A DNA stretch of 64,000 nucleotides from an uncultured Eubacteriales bacterium (GCA_900316455.1 ONCX01000001.1:76649-140648); one strand, 5' to 3'. Positions 7,867 to 17,800 are shown, counted from the stretch's first letter. Numbers and translations: made by a program. Notes: a model not told the origin generated them from the sequence alone.

Positions 7867-10266
7867 TTATTTTTTCAGTTCAAGTATGGTAACGCCCGTT
7901 TCGCCCTCGCCGTAAACGCCGAGCCTGAACGACTGTACGTTCGGGTGCTTCCTGAAATGCTGATGCAGTCCGGCCCGTAAAGCGCCGGTTCCTTTGCCGT
8001 GAATGACCCTTACCTCGCCCAATTTCATGACAACGGCGTGATCTATTACCCTATCGACCTCAAGTATTCCTTCTTCAACCGTGCAGCCTCTCACATCGAC
8101 TTCGGTCTGCACCTTTGCCCTGTCAACAGAATGTGTCGTACCGCCGCCTTTACGCTGCCTTTTCTGACCGTTAAGAGTAACCTTGTCATCTTCAATAAGT
8201 CGAAGCTCGCCTATCCCGACGCGGGACTTGATTATTCCCATCTGAACTTCCACATTACCGGATTTATCAGGAAGGCGCACAACAGTTCCGCGCTCGTTAA
8301 GTCCGAAAACCTCCACGGTATCGCCGATTTTCAGCGCCCTCGGAAGCACATAGCCTTCATTTGAACGGGTTTCCACAGGATTCACGGAATCCTCAATCCT
8401 GCGTAGTCTCGCTCTCAGACTTGCCTTCGCGTCGCCGTTCAGCGCTGAGATCTTTGCCGATTCGTAATCCTTGCGCAGTCGGTCTATCTCCTTGAGAAGA
8501 TCGTCGGCTTCGCTCCTTGCCTGCGACACTATCCGTTCGGCTTCGCGGCGTGCGCTCTCGATCTCGCGGCGCTTTTCCTCCTCAAGCTTCTTCTCCTTAC
8601 TTAGCATCTCGGCTTTAAGCGCCTCCGACTCGGCGCGTATTTTTTCAGCGTCGTCCAGTCTGCGCTCCATCTCCTGACGCGAGCTGTCAAGCTGCGCCAC
8701 AACGTCCTCAACCCGTGTATTATCACCGGAAACAAAGCTCTGGGCACGTTCCACCACTTCCTCCGGCATTCCGAGATGAGCGCATATCGCAAAAGCGTTG
8801 GAACGTCCCGGCATTCCTATGAGAAGCTTGTATGTCGGGCGAAGAGTCTCAACGTCGAATTCACAGCTTCCGTTTTCCACTCCATGAGTGGTAAGCGCGT
8901 AGCTCTTCAGTTCGGCATAATGGGTCGTCGCCGCCGTCTTTGCGCCTTTTTCCCTCAGCGTTTCTATTATGGACTCAGCGAGCGCCGCGCCCTCTATAGG
9001 ATCTGTTCCCGCTCCAAGCTCGTCCAGAAGCACAAGAGAATGTTCTCCGGCGGCATTTAAGATTCGTATGATATTCGTCATATGAGCCGAAAACGTGGAC
9101 AGTGACTGCTCTATCGACTGCTCGTCGCCTATATCAGCGAGAATATTGTCAAATACCGAGATTCTGCTGTTCGCGCCCGCCGGTATCATGAGTCCGCACA
9201 TTGTCATAGCCGTGAGAAGTCCGAGCGTTTTAAGCGTAACGGTCTTGCCGCCGGTATTCGGTCCGGTTATCATAAGCGTGTCGAATTCTTCCCCAAGGCG
9301 GATATCAGAGGGAACAACCTTTTTTTTGTGTATCAGCGGGTGACGCGCCTTCTTCAGATCAATAATTCCGTCAGCCTTAACAACCGGCAGCGAACAGTCC
9401 ATATCATATGCTAAATTCGCCTTGGCAAAAAGGAGGTCAAGCTCTATCATATTGCGATAGCTGCCGATCAACATATCTGCGTTTTCTCCGCATTCTACCG
9501 AAAGAGCCGTCAGAATTCTTTCTATTTCCTCCTGCTCGCGCCCTTTAAGAAGCTTTATGTCGTTATTTGTCTCAACAACTGCCATCGGTTCAATAAATAC
9601 CGTCGCTCCGGACGAAGACGTATCGTGAACCAGTCCAGCCACCTGACTTCTGAATTCCGCTTTTACGGGAACCACAAACCGTCCGTCACGCATTGTGACA
9701 AGCGATTCCTGCAGATATTTCTGATAAGTTGCCGAGCGTATCAAATTGTCAAGCTGTTGACGAACGCGTGACTCCGCGTTCTTTATCTTGCGTCGTATGT
9801 CGTAAAGCTCCGCCGACGCACGGTCGTTCATCTCTTCGGGACTGTCTATCGATGTGACGATCTTTTCTTCCAGACGGTTATTTGAGGCAAGCGTCATGAA
9901 AAGCCCGTCAAGAGAAGTGGAAACGCCCTCGCAATGGCTGCGCCAGTCGCGCAGCAGTCGTATTGTCCGCATTACAGAAGCTATCCGCAGCAGTTCTCCC
10001 ATGGAAAGCACAGCGCCTGACTGCGCCCGCCTGAGTGCGTTTGAAATATTCGGCGCTCCGGAAAATCCCGGAGTTCCGAAACGTCCCGCAAGCATATACG
10101 CATCGGACGTCTGCTGAAGCATTTCGTGTACCTTGTTAAGCTCTGTCTGCGGCTGAATCCTTCTGGCTTCCTCAGCCGTGTCCGCGCAGGAGCATTTTGT
10201 GGCAAGCATCTCCAGCACTTTGCCAAGCTCCAGTACGCGGTAATCTCTTTCTGTATTATTATCCAT
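7867..10266 (-). CDS. mutS2: endonuclease MutS2 (MutS ATPase + C-terminal Smr domain)
   Basis: Walker A ITGPNTGGKTVTLKT, DELGAGTDP, coiled-coil region, Smr tail VDVRGCTVEEG..IHGKGTGALR. 799 aa. Confidence 0.95.
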   Translation of the reverse strand: MDNNTERDYRVLELGKVLEMLATKCSCADTAEEARRIQPQTELNKVHEMLQQTSDAYMLAGRFGTPGFSGAPNISNALRRAQSGAVLSMGELLRIASVMRTIRLLRDWRSHCEGVSTSLDGLFMTLASNNRLEEKIVTSIDSPEEMNDRASAELYDIRRKIKNAESRVRQQLDNLIRSATYQKYLQESLVTMRDGRFVVPVKAEFRSQVAGLVHDTSSSGATVFIEPMAVVETNNDIKLLKGREQEEIERILTALSVECGENADMLIGSYRNMIELDLLFAKANLAYDMDCSLPVVKADGIIDLKKARHPLIHKKKVVPSDIRLGEEFDTLMITGPNTGGKTVTLKTLGLLTAMTMCGLMIPAGANSRISVFDNILADIGDEQSIEQSLSTFSAHMTNIIRILNAAGEHSLVLLDELGAGTDPIEGAALAESIIETLREKGAKTAATTHYAELKSYALTTHGVENGSCEFDVETLRPTYKLLIGMPGRSNAFAICAHLGMPEEVVERAQSFVSGDNTRVEDVVAQLDSSRQEMERRLDDAEKIRAESEALKAEMLSKEKKLEEEKRREIESARREAERIVSQARSEADDLLKEIDRLRKDYESAKISALNGDAKASLRARLRRIEDSVNPVETRSNEGYVLPRALKIGDTVEVFGLNERGTVVRLPDKSGNVEVQMGIIKSRVGIGELRLIEDDKVTLNGQKRQRKGGGTTHSVDRAKVQTEVDVRGCTVEEGILEVDRVIDHAVVMKLGEVRVIHGKGTGALRAGLHQHFRKHPNVQSFRLGVYGEGETGVTILELKK

Positions 10267-10298
10267 TATTTCTCCGTTTTGATTATTGAATGAAAATA

Positions 10299-11252
10299 TC
10301 AGCCGTTCTGCATTGCCGCTTCAAATTCCGGCACGGTCATATTGACCCTTTCAGCTGCCTGCGATACCGTAAGTATCCCGTCTCTTACAAGACCGATAAA
10401 CGCTTTCATCTTTCCCTTTTCCTCGCCTATAGCAATGCCTTTCTCTTCGCCTTCTGCTCTGCCTTCTGCTCTGCCTTCTGCTCTGCCTTCTGCTCTGCCT
10501 TCTGCTCTGCCTTCTGCTCTGCCTTCTGCTTTCTGCTCCGCAAACGCTCTCTGTTCATCATATTCGGTTATAAACATACTCTTTACCTCCGCTCTGTTTT
10601 TTATTAAAAATGACTTTATCAGGGAATCCTCCGGAAGTTCCGCTATTGCCAGATCGATTGCCGCCACTAAGTTGCGAAGCCTTTTCAGGTTTCTCCTCAC
10701 TTCATGAACGAAAAGCGCATAATCTCCCAATGGCTTGCACGCATTAAGTAAATCAGCATTGTGGCCGTAGTTTATATTGATCATGGTTACCCTCACCTCA
10801 ATATCAGGATCAGAGCCGGGGGTAAATGAATCTGACAGCTTTAAAATTACTCTGTCTTCAGTTTCTTTCAAGCCGTTGTAGAAGCATACACATTTAGGCG
10901 TCGGCGCGTGCTGCTGCAATGAACTGAATCTGTGGTAATCATCGCAGGCTTCAGTGTAGCTGTCATAGATCATTCCGGAATAAATCAGCATTCTCATCGG
11001 CATATTCGGATTAATGCTGGACTGGTGCTCATAGAAATTGAATGTGTCGGCTATCAGGAATGACACATCGTTTTTCATACTCATATACACCGCGTTCTCT
11101 ATGGTATTCAGGCTGATCGCTTCGGAATCGGTATATGATGAATTATTCATCGCGTTGTAAAGACTAAGCGTCCATTCTTTCTTTTCCGGATTTCCGAAGA
11201 TAAATTTGAAAAGCCTGTCCTTATACTCGCGGTTTACTTTAATATCTGACAT
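10299..11252 (-). CDS. Rpn/YhgA-like PD-(D/E)XK nuclease family protein (putative transposase) with a C-terminal tetrapeptide repeat
   Basis: N-terminal YKDRLFKFIF, D..FYEHQS nuclease core, (R/K)AEG x7 tract, then an HTH-like tail. Its ATG abuts the GNAT stop with 0 nt between them, and its stop is 32 nt before mutS2. Confidence 0.7.
   Translation of the reverse strand: MSDIKVNREYKDRLFKFIFGNPEKKEWTLSLYNAMNNSSYTDSEAISLNTIENAVYMSMKNDVSFLIADTFNFYEHQSSINPNMPMRMLIYSGMIYDSYTEACDDYHRFSSLQQHAPTPKCVCFYNGLKETEDRVILKLSDSFTPGSDPDIEVRVTMININYGHNADLLNACKPLGDYALFVHEVRRNLKRLRNLVAAIDLAIAELPEDSLIKSFLIKNRAEVKSMFITEYDEQRAFAEQKAEGRAEGRAEGRAEGRAEGRAEGRAEGEEKGIAIGEEKGKMKAFIGLVRDGILTVSQAAERVNMTVPEFEAAMQNG
10449..10532 (-). 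repeat. 12-bp x 7 tandem repeat inside the Rpn-like CDS
   Basis: gccttctgctct x6 perfect plus 1 copy with one mismatch. In frame, encoding (RAEG)6 + KAEG. Confidence 0.95.
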
Positions 11253-12029
11253 TTAACTATCATCCCCGTTCAATTTCTTTACGTAATCCTCGGTTTTTGC
11301 GGTCAACTCAACCCATGCCGGACGGAATCCGCTTTTTAACGCGTTTCGCGCCGAACGTACATTAGACCACGCGGCGCAGTAAAACGGAATCTTGCCCAGA
11401 TTCATTATCTCTAAGGCAAGTCCCGACGTAACCGCCGAAGCAATGCCGCGTCTTCTGTATTCCGGCAGCACGTCCACACCTATCTGCCACATGGATTCGC
11501 AGTCCGCCGACGCTCCCGCAAGCCCCGCAAGCGTATCGCCGTCAAAGGCTCCGACAGCTATAACGTCCCTTTCGCTATGCTCCGCGCATATCGCGTTGCA
11601 AAATTCAGGAAGATAATATCTCTCAAAATCCCGCTTATTCATAACGCGCAGTTCAAGACCGCATTCAAGCGGTGCTACAAGCTCGGGTACAGGCAGATAA
11701 TATTCCGCCATAAAACATACTCTGTGACCGTATTTCTGAAGCTCCGCGTCAAGCTCATGAATCGAGGGCGTTTCAAAGCTGCGTACTGCTCCGTGTTTCT
11801 CAATGTATCTTTCAGCAAACGGAGCAAATTCCTCGCTCGACGATACAACCGCATTGCTGCCGTATGAAGCAATATGACAGAAAAACGGCAGCTCCAGATA
11901 TTTTCTCGCATACGGATCAGGCTTTGAAATAACCGTTTTGTTTCTGTCCGAACAAAAATCCTCCGGCTTACAGCTCATATCAATCGCTGACTGCTCCATC
12001 GCTATTCCAAGTATTTTTTCATATGTCAT
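11253..12029 (-). CDS. GNAT-family N-acetyltransferase
   Basis: Acetyl-CoA-binding motif VLPEYRRRGIASAV and C-terminal NVRSARNALKSGF. 258 aa. Confidence 0.8.
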   Translation of the reverse strand: MTYEKILGIAMEQSAIDMSCKPEDFCSDRNKTVISKPDPYARKYLELPFFCHIASYGSNAVVSSSEEFAPFAERYIEKHGAVRSFETPSIHELDAELQKYGHRVCFMAEYYLPVPELVAPLECGLELRVMNKRDFERYYLPEFCNAICAEHSERDVIAVGAFDGDTLAGLAGASADCESMWQIGVDVLPEYRRRGIASAVTSGLALEIMNLGKIPFYCAAWSNVRSARNALKSGFRPAWVELTAKTEDYVKKLNGDDS

Positions 12030-12058
12030 ATTTTTTTACCTGTTTTACCAATTAAATA

Positions 12059-12802
12059 TTACATCATTGTTTTTAAAAATTCAAGTGCCGTGAGACTCTT
12101 TTCTATTCTGGATGTCGTAAAAGCATCCGCGGCTTCCGAAAACTGCTTCATGCTCTCGTCATTAAGTGAAAACGCAAATAGCTTTTTTATATCGGCATAA
12201 ATTGAATGCCTGAGGGCAGTCATGGCTCCCCTGCTGAGTCTTACAGCGTGTTCTCCCGCTCTAAGCCCGCATTTGCCGCAGCTTATCTCGCTTGTCGCAG
12301 GGATAAAATACATAAGATCATTTTCATACACACCGCATTTCCGGCACATAACAAGATCCGGCATGTATCCGGCAAGACTCAGCAGCCGCATTTCGGATAC
12401 GGCTTTCACAAGCAACGGCGGTCTGCTGTTCTCCGAAAGATACCACAGCGCGGCGCGCATCAGCCAGAGATAATCCTCCGACGGCTGCCCCGCAGGAACA
12501 AGCTCCATCGCAAGCTGACACAGATACTGCCCCACCGAAAGTCTGAATATGTCCTCACGCAGTCCGGTATACAATTCCTCATACTGAGATTCGTCGATAA
12601 TGTAATGATCTCTTCGCCGGAACAGTTCATAGCTGCCGTAGACAAACTGGGCCGTCGCTGTGGAATTCTTATTTTTTAAATTATTTGCGCCTTTGGCAAA
12701 TGCGCTGATTACGCCGTGCGTGTCAGTCAGAATAGTGCAATACCTGTCGCTGTCACCCGATTTGTTGACCTTCAGCACTATTCCCGATACTTTGAGATTC
12801 AT
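12059..12802 (-). CDS. recO: DNA repair protein RecO
   Basis: N-terminal OB-fold GIVLKVNKSGDSDRY and zinc-finger CRKCG..CGKCG. ATG 12802 has a GGAGG SD 8 nt upstream (track start is GTG 12811). Confidence 0.9.
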   Translation of the reverse strand: MNLKVSGIVLKVNKSGDSDRYCTILTDTHGVISAFAKGANNLKNKNSTATAQFVYGSYELFRRRDHYIIDESQYEELYTGLREDIFRLSVGQYLCQLAMELVPAGQPSEDYLWLMRAALWYLSENSRPPLLVKAVSEMRLLSLAGYMPDLVMCRKCGVYENDLMYFIPATSEISCGKCGLRAGEHAVRLSRGAMTALRHSIYADIKKLFAFSLNDESMKQFSEAADAFTTSRIEKSLTALEFLKTMM

Positions 12803-12956
12803 TTGCCTCACCTCCGGAGGGCTTCTCTCCAGCGGAATTCAATTCCTGCGGACGTCTGACATATCCCTGTTCGTAAATGTCTATTCCCCTGCTGAGAAGA
12901 TAATAGTCCACTCTGCCAGTCTCTATGAATTTTTCCCACGCCTCTCTGCTGTCCAT
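12753..12956 (-). CDS. YqzL-like small protein
   Basis: The N-terminus WEKFIETGRVDYYLL resembles Bacillus YqzL and occupies the conserved era-yqzL-recO position. The C-terminal tail overlaps recO by 50 nt. Confidence 0.45.
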   Translation of the reverse strand: MDSREAWEKFIETGRVDYYLLSRGIDIYEQGYVRRPQELNSAGEKPSGGEANESQSIGNSAEGQQIG

Positions 12957-13077
12957 ATTCTCATTCTCCCAATGTATAATTTTAATTCATTACTATCATT
13001 GACAGAATATTTAAAAACATCGTATACGGTCAGCATTGTTTACAAAAAATTTTTGTAAATTCCATTATGTGACAGGC

Positions 13078-14007
13078 TTATTTCTCTTCCGTATATCCGA
13101 ATCGTTTGAGTCCGCCAGCCTTGTTCCGCCAGTCGGGAGTAACCTTTACCCACAGCTTGAGATTTACTCTGGTTTCAAGAAATTTCTCAAGATCAGTTCT
13201 GGCATAGCTGCCTATCTTTTTGAGCATTGCTCCGCCCTTTCCGATAATGATTCCCTTGTGGGATTCCTTTTCGCAATATATAGTGGCTTCTATGTCGGTT
13301 ATATCTCCGCTGACGCGCTCACGCATTTTCTCGATTTCAACCGCGGTGCCGTGCGGAACTTCGTCACTCAACAGTCTCAGCATCTTCTCGCGTATTATCT
13401 CCGCCGCGATTACCCTTTCCGGCTGGTCTGTCAGTGTGTCGTCGTCAAAGAAATGAGGTCCCTCCCCCGCCATTTCGCAGAGCTTCTCAATAATCCGCTC
13501 AATGCCGTCGCCTTCCTGAACGCTTATTGGGATAATTTCAGAAAAATCGTACAGTTCCGAAAACTGTGCTATCCTGTCAAGCAGCATTGTCTTGTCGTTC
13601 AGCCTGTCTATCTTATTGATGGCAAGAATCGCCGGCATATCGAGCTTTTTGATTTTTTCTATAAGCTCAAGCTCCGCTTCATGAAGTCTGCCGCTCTCTT
13701 CCACTACCATCAGACAAATGTCCACGTCGCCTATGCTGTCAACAATCGTCTTAACCATGTAATCTCCGAGCTTGTTCTTAGGCTTGTGCATACCCGGCGT
13801 ATCAGTGAATACAAGCTGTGTCTCGCCGTATTCTCCAGCGTTCATCACGCCCATTATTTTGCTTCGCGTGGTCTGGGGCTTTGCAGATACAATGGCTATC
13901 TTCTCTCCGAGCAATCTGTTGAGAAGCGACGACTTGCCTACATTAGGCTTCCCCACAATCGCAACAAACGCTGATTTCGTCTTTATATCTTTCTTATTGT
14001 TGTCCAA
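13078..14007 (-). CDS. era: GTPase Era
   Basis: G1 GKPNVGKSSL, G3 DTPG, G4 NKID, C-terminal KH domain. The TTG 14007 start has a GGAG SD 9 nt upstream. The AT-rich 37 upstream codons of the track ORF are unlikely to be coding. Confidence 0.9.
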   Translation of the reverse strand: MDNNKKDIKTKSAFVAIVGKPNVGKSSLLNRLLGEKIAIVSAKPQTTRSKIMGVMNAGEYGETQLVFTDTPGMHKPKNKLGDYMVKTIVDSIGDVDICLMVVEESGRLHEAELELIEKIKKLDMPAILAINKIDRLNDKTMLLDRIAQFSELYDFSEIIPISVQEGDGIERIIEKLCEMAGEGPHFFDDDTLTDQPERVIAAEIIREKMLRLLSDEVPHGTAVEIEKMRERVSGDITDIEATIYCEKESHKGIIIGKGGAMLKKIGSYARTDLEKFLETRVNLKLWVKVTPDWRNKAGGLKRFGYTEEK

Positions 14008-14210
14008 ATAATTCAACTCCGCAATCTTTTTTATTCCTAAGATTATTATATCACATTTCTCATTCAAATTAAAGATGTTTAAGCCAATTTTATCATTTTT
14101 TAAGAAATTCGATTTCACACAAAATTTATAATTTAATTCACCGCTCCCATTGATAATCCGCAGATAATATATTATAATTGGTAGGAAGAAAAAAACAAGG
14201 AGATGTCACA

Positions 14211-14465
14211 ATGAATTACTCATACACGCCTAAAGGCGTATGCCCTGTCAAAATTGAATTTGACATTGACGGAGACGTAATAAAAAATATTCAGTTTACC
14301 GGCGGCTGCAACGGCAATCTCAAAGCAGTATCCAAGCTTGTAAACGGCTGGACTGTAGATCAGATCGAAAACGCTCTCAGCGGCAACACATGCGGCAGAA
14401 AGCCTACCTCATGCGCCGACCAGCTTGCCAAGGCAGTGCGTCAGGCTTACAACGACACACACTAA
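14211..14465 (+). CDS. TSCPD-domain small protein (TIGR03905-type 4-Cys family)
   Basis: GVCPVKIEFDIDGDVIKNIQFTGGCNGNLKAV..GNTCG..TSCADQLA. AAGGAG SD before ATG 14211. Confidence 0.7.
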   Translation: MNYSYTPKGVCPVKIEFDIDGDVIKNIQFTGGCNGNLKAVSKLVNGWTVDQIENALSGNTCGRKPTSCADQLAKAVRQAYNDTH

Positions 14466-15289
14466 TTTATATCCTTAAACATTTCAAGTCCGGAGGCTTT
14501 AAATAAATATCTGAAGAATCTCTGAGACAGCACAGGCGCGGTTTTATATGAAAATGACATAAAATGCGCGTCAATTCCGAACACTATCCTGCTTCTGCCT
14601 GAGTTTGCTCTGCGAAGCAGGATTTTTGCCGCTTTTTTTGATGGCATGCTGAAAAATTTTATCAGCGGGCTGACTTTTCGCCCCTGTCCTTTCATTATAT
14701 CGGTGCGTATGAATCCCGGACAGACAGACGGAATGTATATCTTTCCCCTGTATTCTTCCCTCAGCGCCTCCGAAAACGCTCTCACTGCCGACTTCGCCGC
14801 AGAATATACCGATGTCCCCGCCAGCGGACAAAGCGCGTCGGCACTGGCTACGTTTATTATTGAACCTGCGCCTTTTTTCTCAAATATCGGAATGAATTCT
14901 TTTGCCGCCCATATAACAGAATTCTGGTCGAGCGACAGACATCTCCCGATTTCCTCATCTGAATACATGCCGAATTTCGCAAAACGCGGCAGCATTCCGG
15001 CATTGTTTATAAGCACGTCCGCGTCGAATTTACCGCTGTTGGCATACTCAGCGAGCTGTGTCATGCTTTCACGCTGAGATACGTCAAGAACGACGTATTC
15101 AAATCTGTCGGAAAGAGCTCCAAGCTCGTCCTTGACCGACAAAAGCCTTGCTTCGTTCCTCGCCGCGCCAAGCACACGGCAGTCGTATCTGCGAATCAGC
15201 CGCAGGGTCAGTTCCCTGCCGAGTCCGCCGGACGCTCCGGTCACAATCACGTTTTTTCCCCTCAGTCCGAATTTTCTTTTAAAGCCCAT
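14462..15289 (-). CDS. SDR-family oxidoreductase
   Basis: TGASGGLGRE Rossmann motif, NNAG, YSAAK catalytic motif. Confidence 0.85.
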   Translation of the reverse strand: MGFKRKFGLRGKNVIVTGASGGLGRELTLRLIRRYDCRVLGAARNEARLLSVKDELGALSDRFEYVVLDVSQRESMTQLAEYANSGKFDADVLINNAGMLPRFAKFGMYSDEEIGRCLSLDQNSVIWAAKEFIPIFEKKGAGSIINVASADALCPLAGTSVYSAAKSAVRAFSEALREEYRGKIYIPSVCPGFIRTDIMKGQGRKVSPLIKFFSMPSKKAAKILLRRANSGRSRIVFGIDAHFMSFSYKTAPVLSQRFFRYLFKASGLEMFKDIN

Positions 15290-15413
15290 GCCTTATCACC
15301 TGTAAATTTATTCATTTTATTTGTCTGAAATTATACTTTTTTAATTGACATTCTATTATATTAATTGTATAATAGTGTTAAATAACTATGAATAATATAA
15401 GGAGTGTTTCTCA

Positions 15414-17213
15414 GTGCTAAGAAAGGCAACGGCTATGCTTCTGGCAGTATGCATGTTAGCGGCAGTTATGGCGTCATGCAGTCATGAAGAAGCGGAAAAG
15501 AAAGTCTATGACGATAACTACAGGAATTTTTACGAGATTTATGTAGGCTCATTCAGCGATTCCAACGGCGACAAAAAGGGCGACCTGCAGGGCGTTCTGT
15601 CCAAGATAGATTACCTGAAAGCCGCAAAGGGTCAGGACGATTCACATTCTCTCGGTATCGACGCGGTGTGGTTCATGCCTATATTCCCGTCACCCACCTA
15701 TCACAAATACGACGTCACCGACTACTACAATATTGATCCGGATTACGGCACTATGGAGGATTTCGAGGAGCTTCTGAAAAAATTCCATGAGCGCGGTATT
15801 CACGTAATCCTCGATCTGGTGTTAAATCATTCTTCCCATCTTCATCCGTGGTTCGTTGAAGCTGTCGATGCGCTCAACAAGGGCGATCTCGACAATAAGT
15901 ACGTAAAATATTATAATTTTACAACTGAGCCGGAAACTATCGACGAGGAAGGCAATGTTACAGGTTATACTCCCGTTCCCGATAATGAGGAGGGATATTA
16001 TTATGAAACAAGCTTCACCTCCAATATGCCCGACTTCAATCTCGATAATCCCGACGTCTGGGCTGAATTCAAGGATATAATGAAATTCTGGCTCGACAAG
16101 GGTGTGGACGGTTTCCGGCTTGACGCATGCAAGAGCTATTACAGCAATTCAATGGTAAAAAGCATTGACGCTTTGTCCAAAATAGTCGAATACGGTAAAT
16201 CCGTAAAACCCGACTGCTATTTTGTCGCCGAGGTATGGGACGGACCTTGGATGATCGCTCAGTATTACAAGAGCGGCGTTGACAGCATTTTCAATTTTGA
16301 CTGTTCATATATGGGAGCATACGGCGGTCTTTACTATAATATTGAAAAGGGCAAGGGAAATAAATTAGGTCATCACCTTGAGGAATTCAATACAGATATA
16401 CGCAACAAAAATATTAACGCAATTGACGCGCCGTTTATTTCAAATCATGATACTCCCCGAAGCGGCACGTACTTCAAGGGTTCTGCCAACAAAAAGCTCG
16501 CAGCCAGCCTTTATATGATGCTCCCCGGAAATCCTTTCATTTATTACGGCGAGGAAATCGGAATGACAGAGGGCTGGGCTAACGATCAGGACAAACGTCA
16601 GCCTATCAAATGGTCCTTTGATGAAAATGAAATGAAAATCAATCCGCCTTCCGGTTCAAATTATGTGCCGGCGCCGCATTACGGCGTTTTTGAGCAGCTT
16701 GAACACGAAACCTCGCTTGTCAATCACTACCGCAAGCTCATAAAGCTGAAAAATCAGAATCCTGAAATCCAGCGCGCACAGGTCGTTTCCGCTACAGATC
16801 TGCATTACAATGTCGCGTCATATACTTGCGCGTATAACGATTCCGCTGTCATGGTCGTCACAAATATTACCGGAACCCCAAAAACGGTAGATGTAAAAGA
16901 GGCAGGCTACGGCAACTACAGCGTATTAAGCGGATTTGTTATCGGTGATGACTATATCGAACAGGAAGTATTCAAAGCGTATATGAATAACTACGAATAT
17001 GAGGTTCCGGATATGCGTCCGATGGCTTCGCCGGTATTCTATGTCAACGGAGTTCTGACTCTTCCGCCGAGAACGACAGTCGTGCTTCGTAATCCCGGAA
17101 AGGTCAATTCCACATTCGTACCGACTACCACCACAACAACCGCTCCCCCAGAAGTTACGCCGTCCGATATCGTCACGCCCTCCGACACGGAAACAGCAGA
17201 TGAAGCTCCATAA
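15414..17213 (+). CDS. GH13 alpha-amylase-family glycoside hydrolase, lipoprotein
   Basis: Lipobox MASC. GH13 regions DLVLNHSS, GFRLDACK, VAEVWD, FISNHD. Thr/Pro-rich C-terminal tail. GTG start with AAGGAG SD. Confidence 0.9.
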   Translation: MLRKATAMLLAVCMLAAVMASCSHEEAEKKVYDDNYRNFYEIYVGSFSDSNGDKKGDLQGVLSKIDYLKAAKGQDDSHSLGIDAVWFMPIFPSPTYHKYDVTDYYNIDPDYGTMEDFEELLKKFHERGIHVILDLVLNHSSHLHPWFVEAVDALNKGDLDNKYVKYYNFTTEPETIDEEGNVTGYTPVPDNEEGYYYETSFTSNMPDFNLDNPDVWAEFKDIMKFWLDKGVDGFRLDACKSYYSNSMVKSIDALSKIVEYGKSVKPDCYFVAEVWDGPWMIAQYYKSGVDSIFNFDCSYMGAYGGLYYNIEKGKGNKLGHHLEEFNTDIRNKNINAIDAPFISNHDTPRSGTYFKGSANKKLAASLYMMLPGNPFIYYGEEIGMTEGWANDQDKRQPIKWSFDENEMKINPPSGSNYVPAPHYGVFEQLEHETSLVNHYRKLIKLKNQNPEIQRAQVVSATDLHYNVASYTCAYNDSAVMVVTNITGTPKTVDVKEAGYGNYSVLSGFVIGDDYIEQEVFKAYMNNYEYEVPDMRPMASPVFYVNGVLTLPPRTTVVLRNPGKVNSTFVPTTTTTTAPPEVTPSDIVTPSDTETADEAP

Positions 17214-17267
17214 TCCGCAGTTGATGAGTAGGATATCCTTTCATTTTTCAGATTAATACAATTAATA

Positions 17268-17306
17268 ACGCCCGCAGTCCGACGATAAATGTCAGCCTGC
17301 GGGCGT
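17268..17306. terminator. bidirectional hairpin terminator
   Basis: 10-bp stem acgcccgcag / ctgcgggcgt between convergent genes. Confidence 0.6.
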
Positions 17307-17321
17307 GTTCTGTATATGTAA

Positions 17322-17636
17322 TCAGTAAAGCTCTTTTGCCATATAAGTTTTTATCATTTTGCCTGATACGTGTGCTGCGGAGCTTGCGGAATTCCTGCCG
17401 CGTTTGGCACAGGACTGTTCCCCCCCTCGCTTGAAATCAATGAATAGTGCCATTCCGGCAATAGTGAAAAGAACAAGAATACCGGTTTCTAAATCCGCAG
17501 CGCCGCTCAAAAGCTCGGAAACAAATCCGACCGCATAGAATACTCCCGCAACAACTCCTATAACGAGAATAATTTCGGCAGCGTATAATGCCAAAGCCTT
17601 AACAAGTAATCTGAATAAATTACACTCTTTTTTCAT
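17322..17636 (-). CDS. hypothetical small membrane protein
   Basis: 104 aa with two predicted hydrophobic helices. Divergent from the XRE-S24 gene. Confidence 0.45.
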   Translation of the reverse strand: MKKECNLFRLLVKALALYAAEIILVIGVVAGVFYAVGFVSELLSGAADLETGILVLFTIAGMALFIDFKRGGEQSCAKRGRNSASSAAHVSGKMIKTYMAKELY

Positions 17637-17800
17637 TTTTGAGACCGTCCTTTCTTCTCATATATGAGACGCACATGGTAAAAAAATAGTTTGTTGTAAA
17701 TTGCAATTTAACTCCAGTCAGGTTTGCAGCTTATTTAGTCGCATTTTTGCTAACCTCTGATATTAATATACCATATATTTTACGCTTTGTCAAGCTTTTA

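Noticed and set aside
10449-10532. Possible CRISPR-like or non-coding repeat array
   Set aside because: The units are 12 bp, directly abutting with no spacers, and lie in frame inside a CDS where they encode RAEG tetrapeptides. The same holds for 25628-25759.
10299-11252. Annotating the two Rpn-like genes (also 25498..26568) as mobile elements
   Set aside because: There are no terminal inverted repeats, no target-site duplications and no shared flanking sequence. Both are packed into operons with 0-32 nt spacers, so they are called CDSs rather than IS elements.
13036-13974. 312-aa plus-strand ORF
   Set aside because: It is antisense to era (G1/G3/G4 and KH motifs on the minus strand). It has no SD and a low-complexity Leu/Phe/Arg-rich translation.
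14462-14465. 4-nt overlap of the convergent stop codons of the TSCPD gene and the SDR gene, with no terminator between them
   Set aside because: This is real in the sequence but is a common consequence of compact convergent genes. There is no evidence of regulatory meaning.
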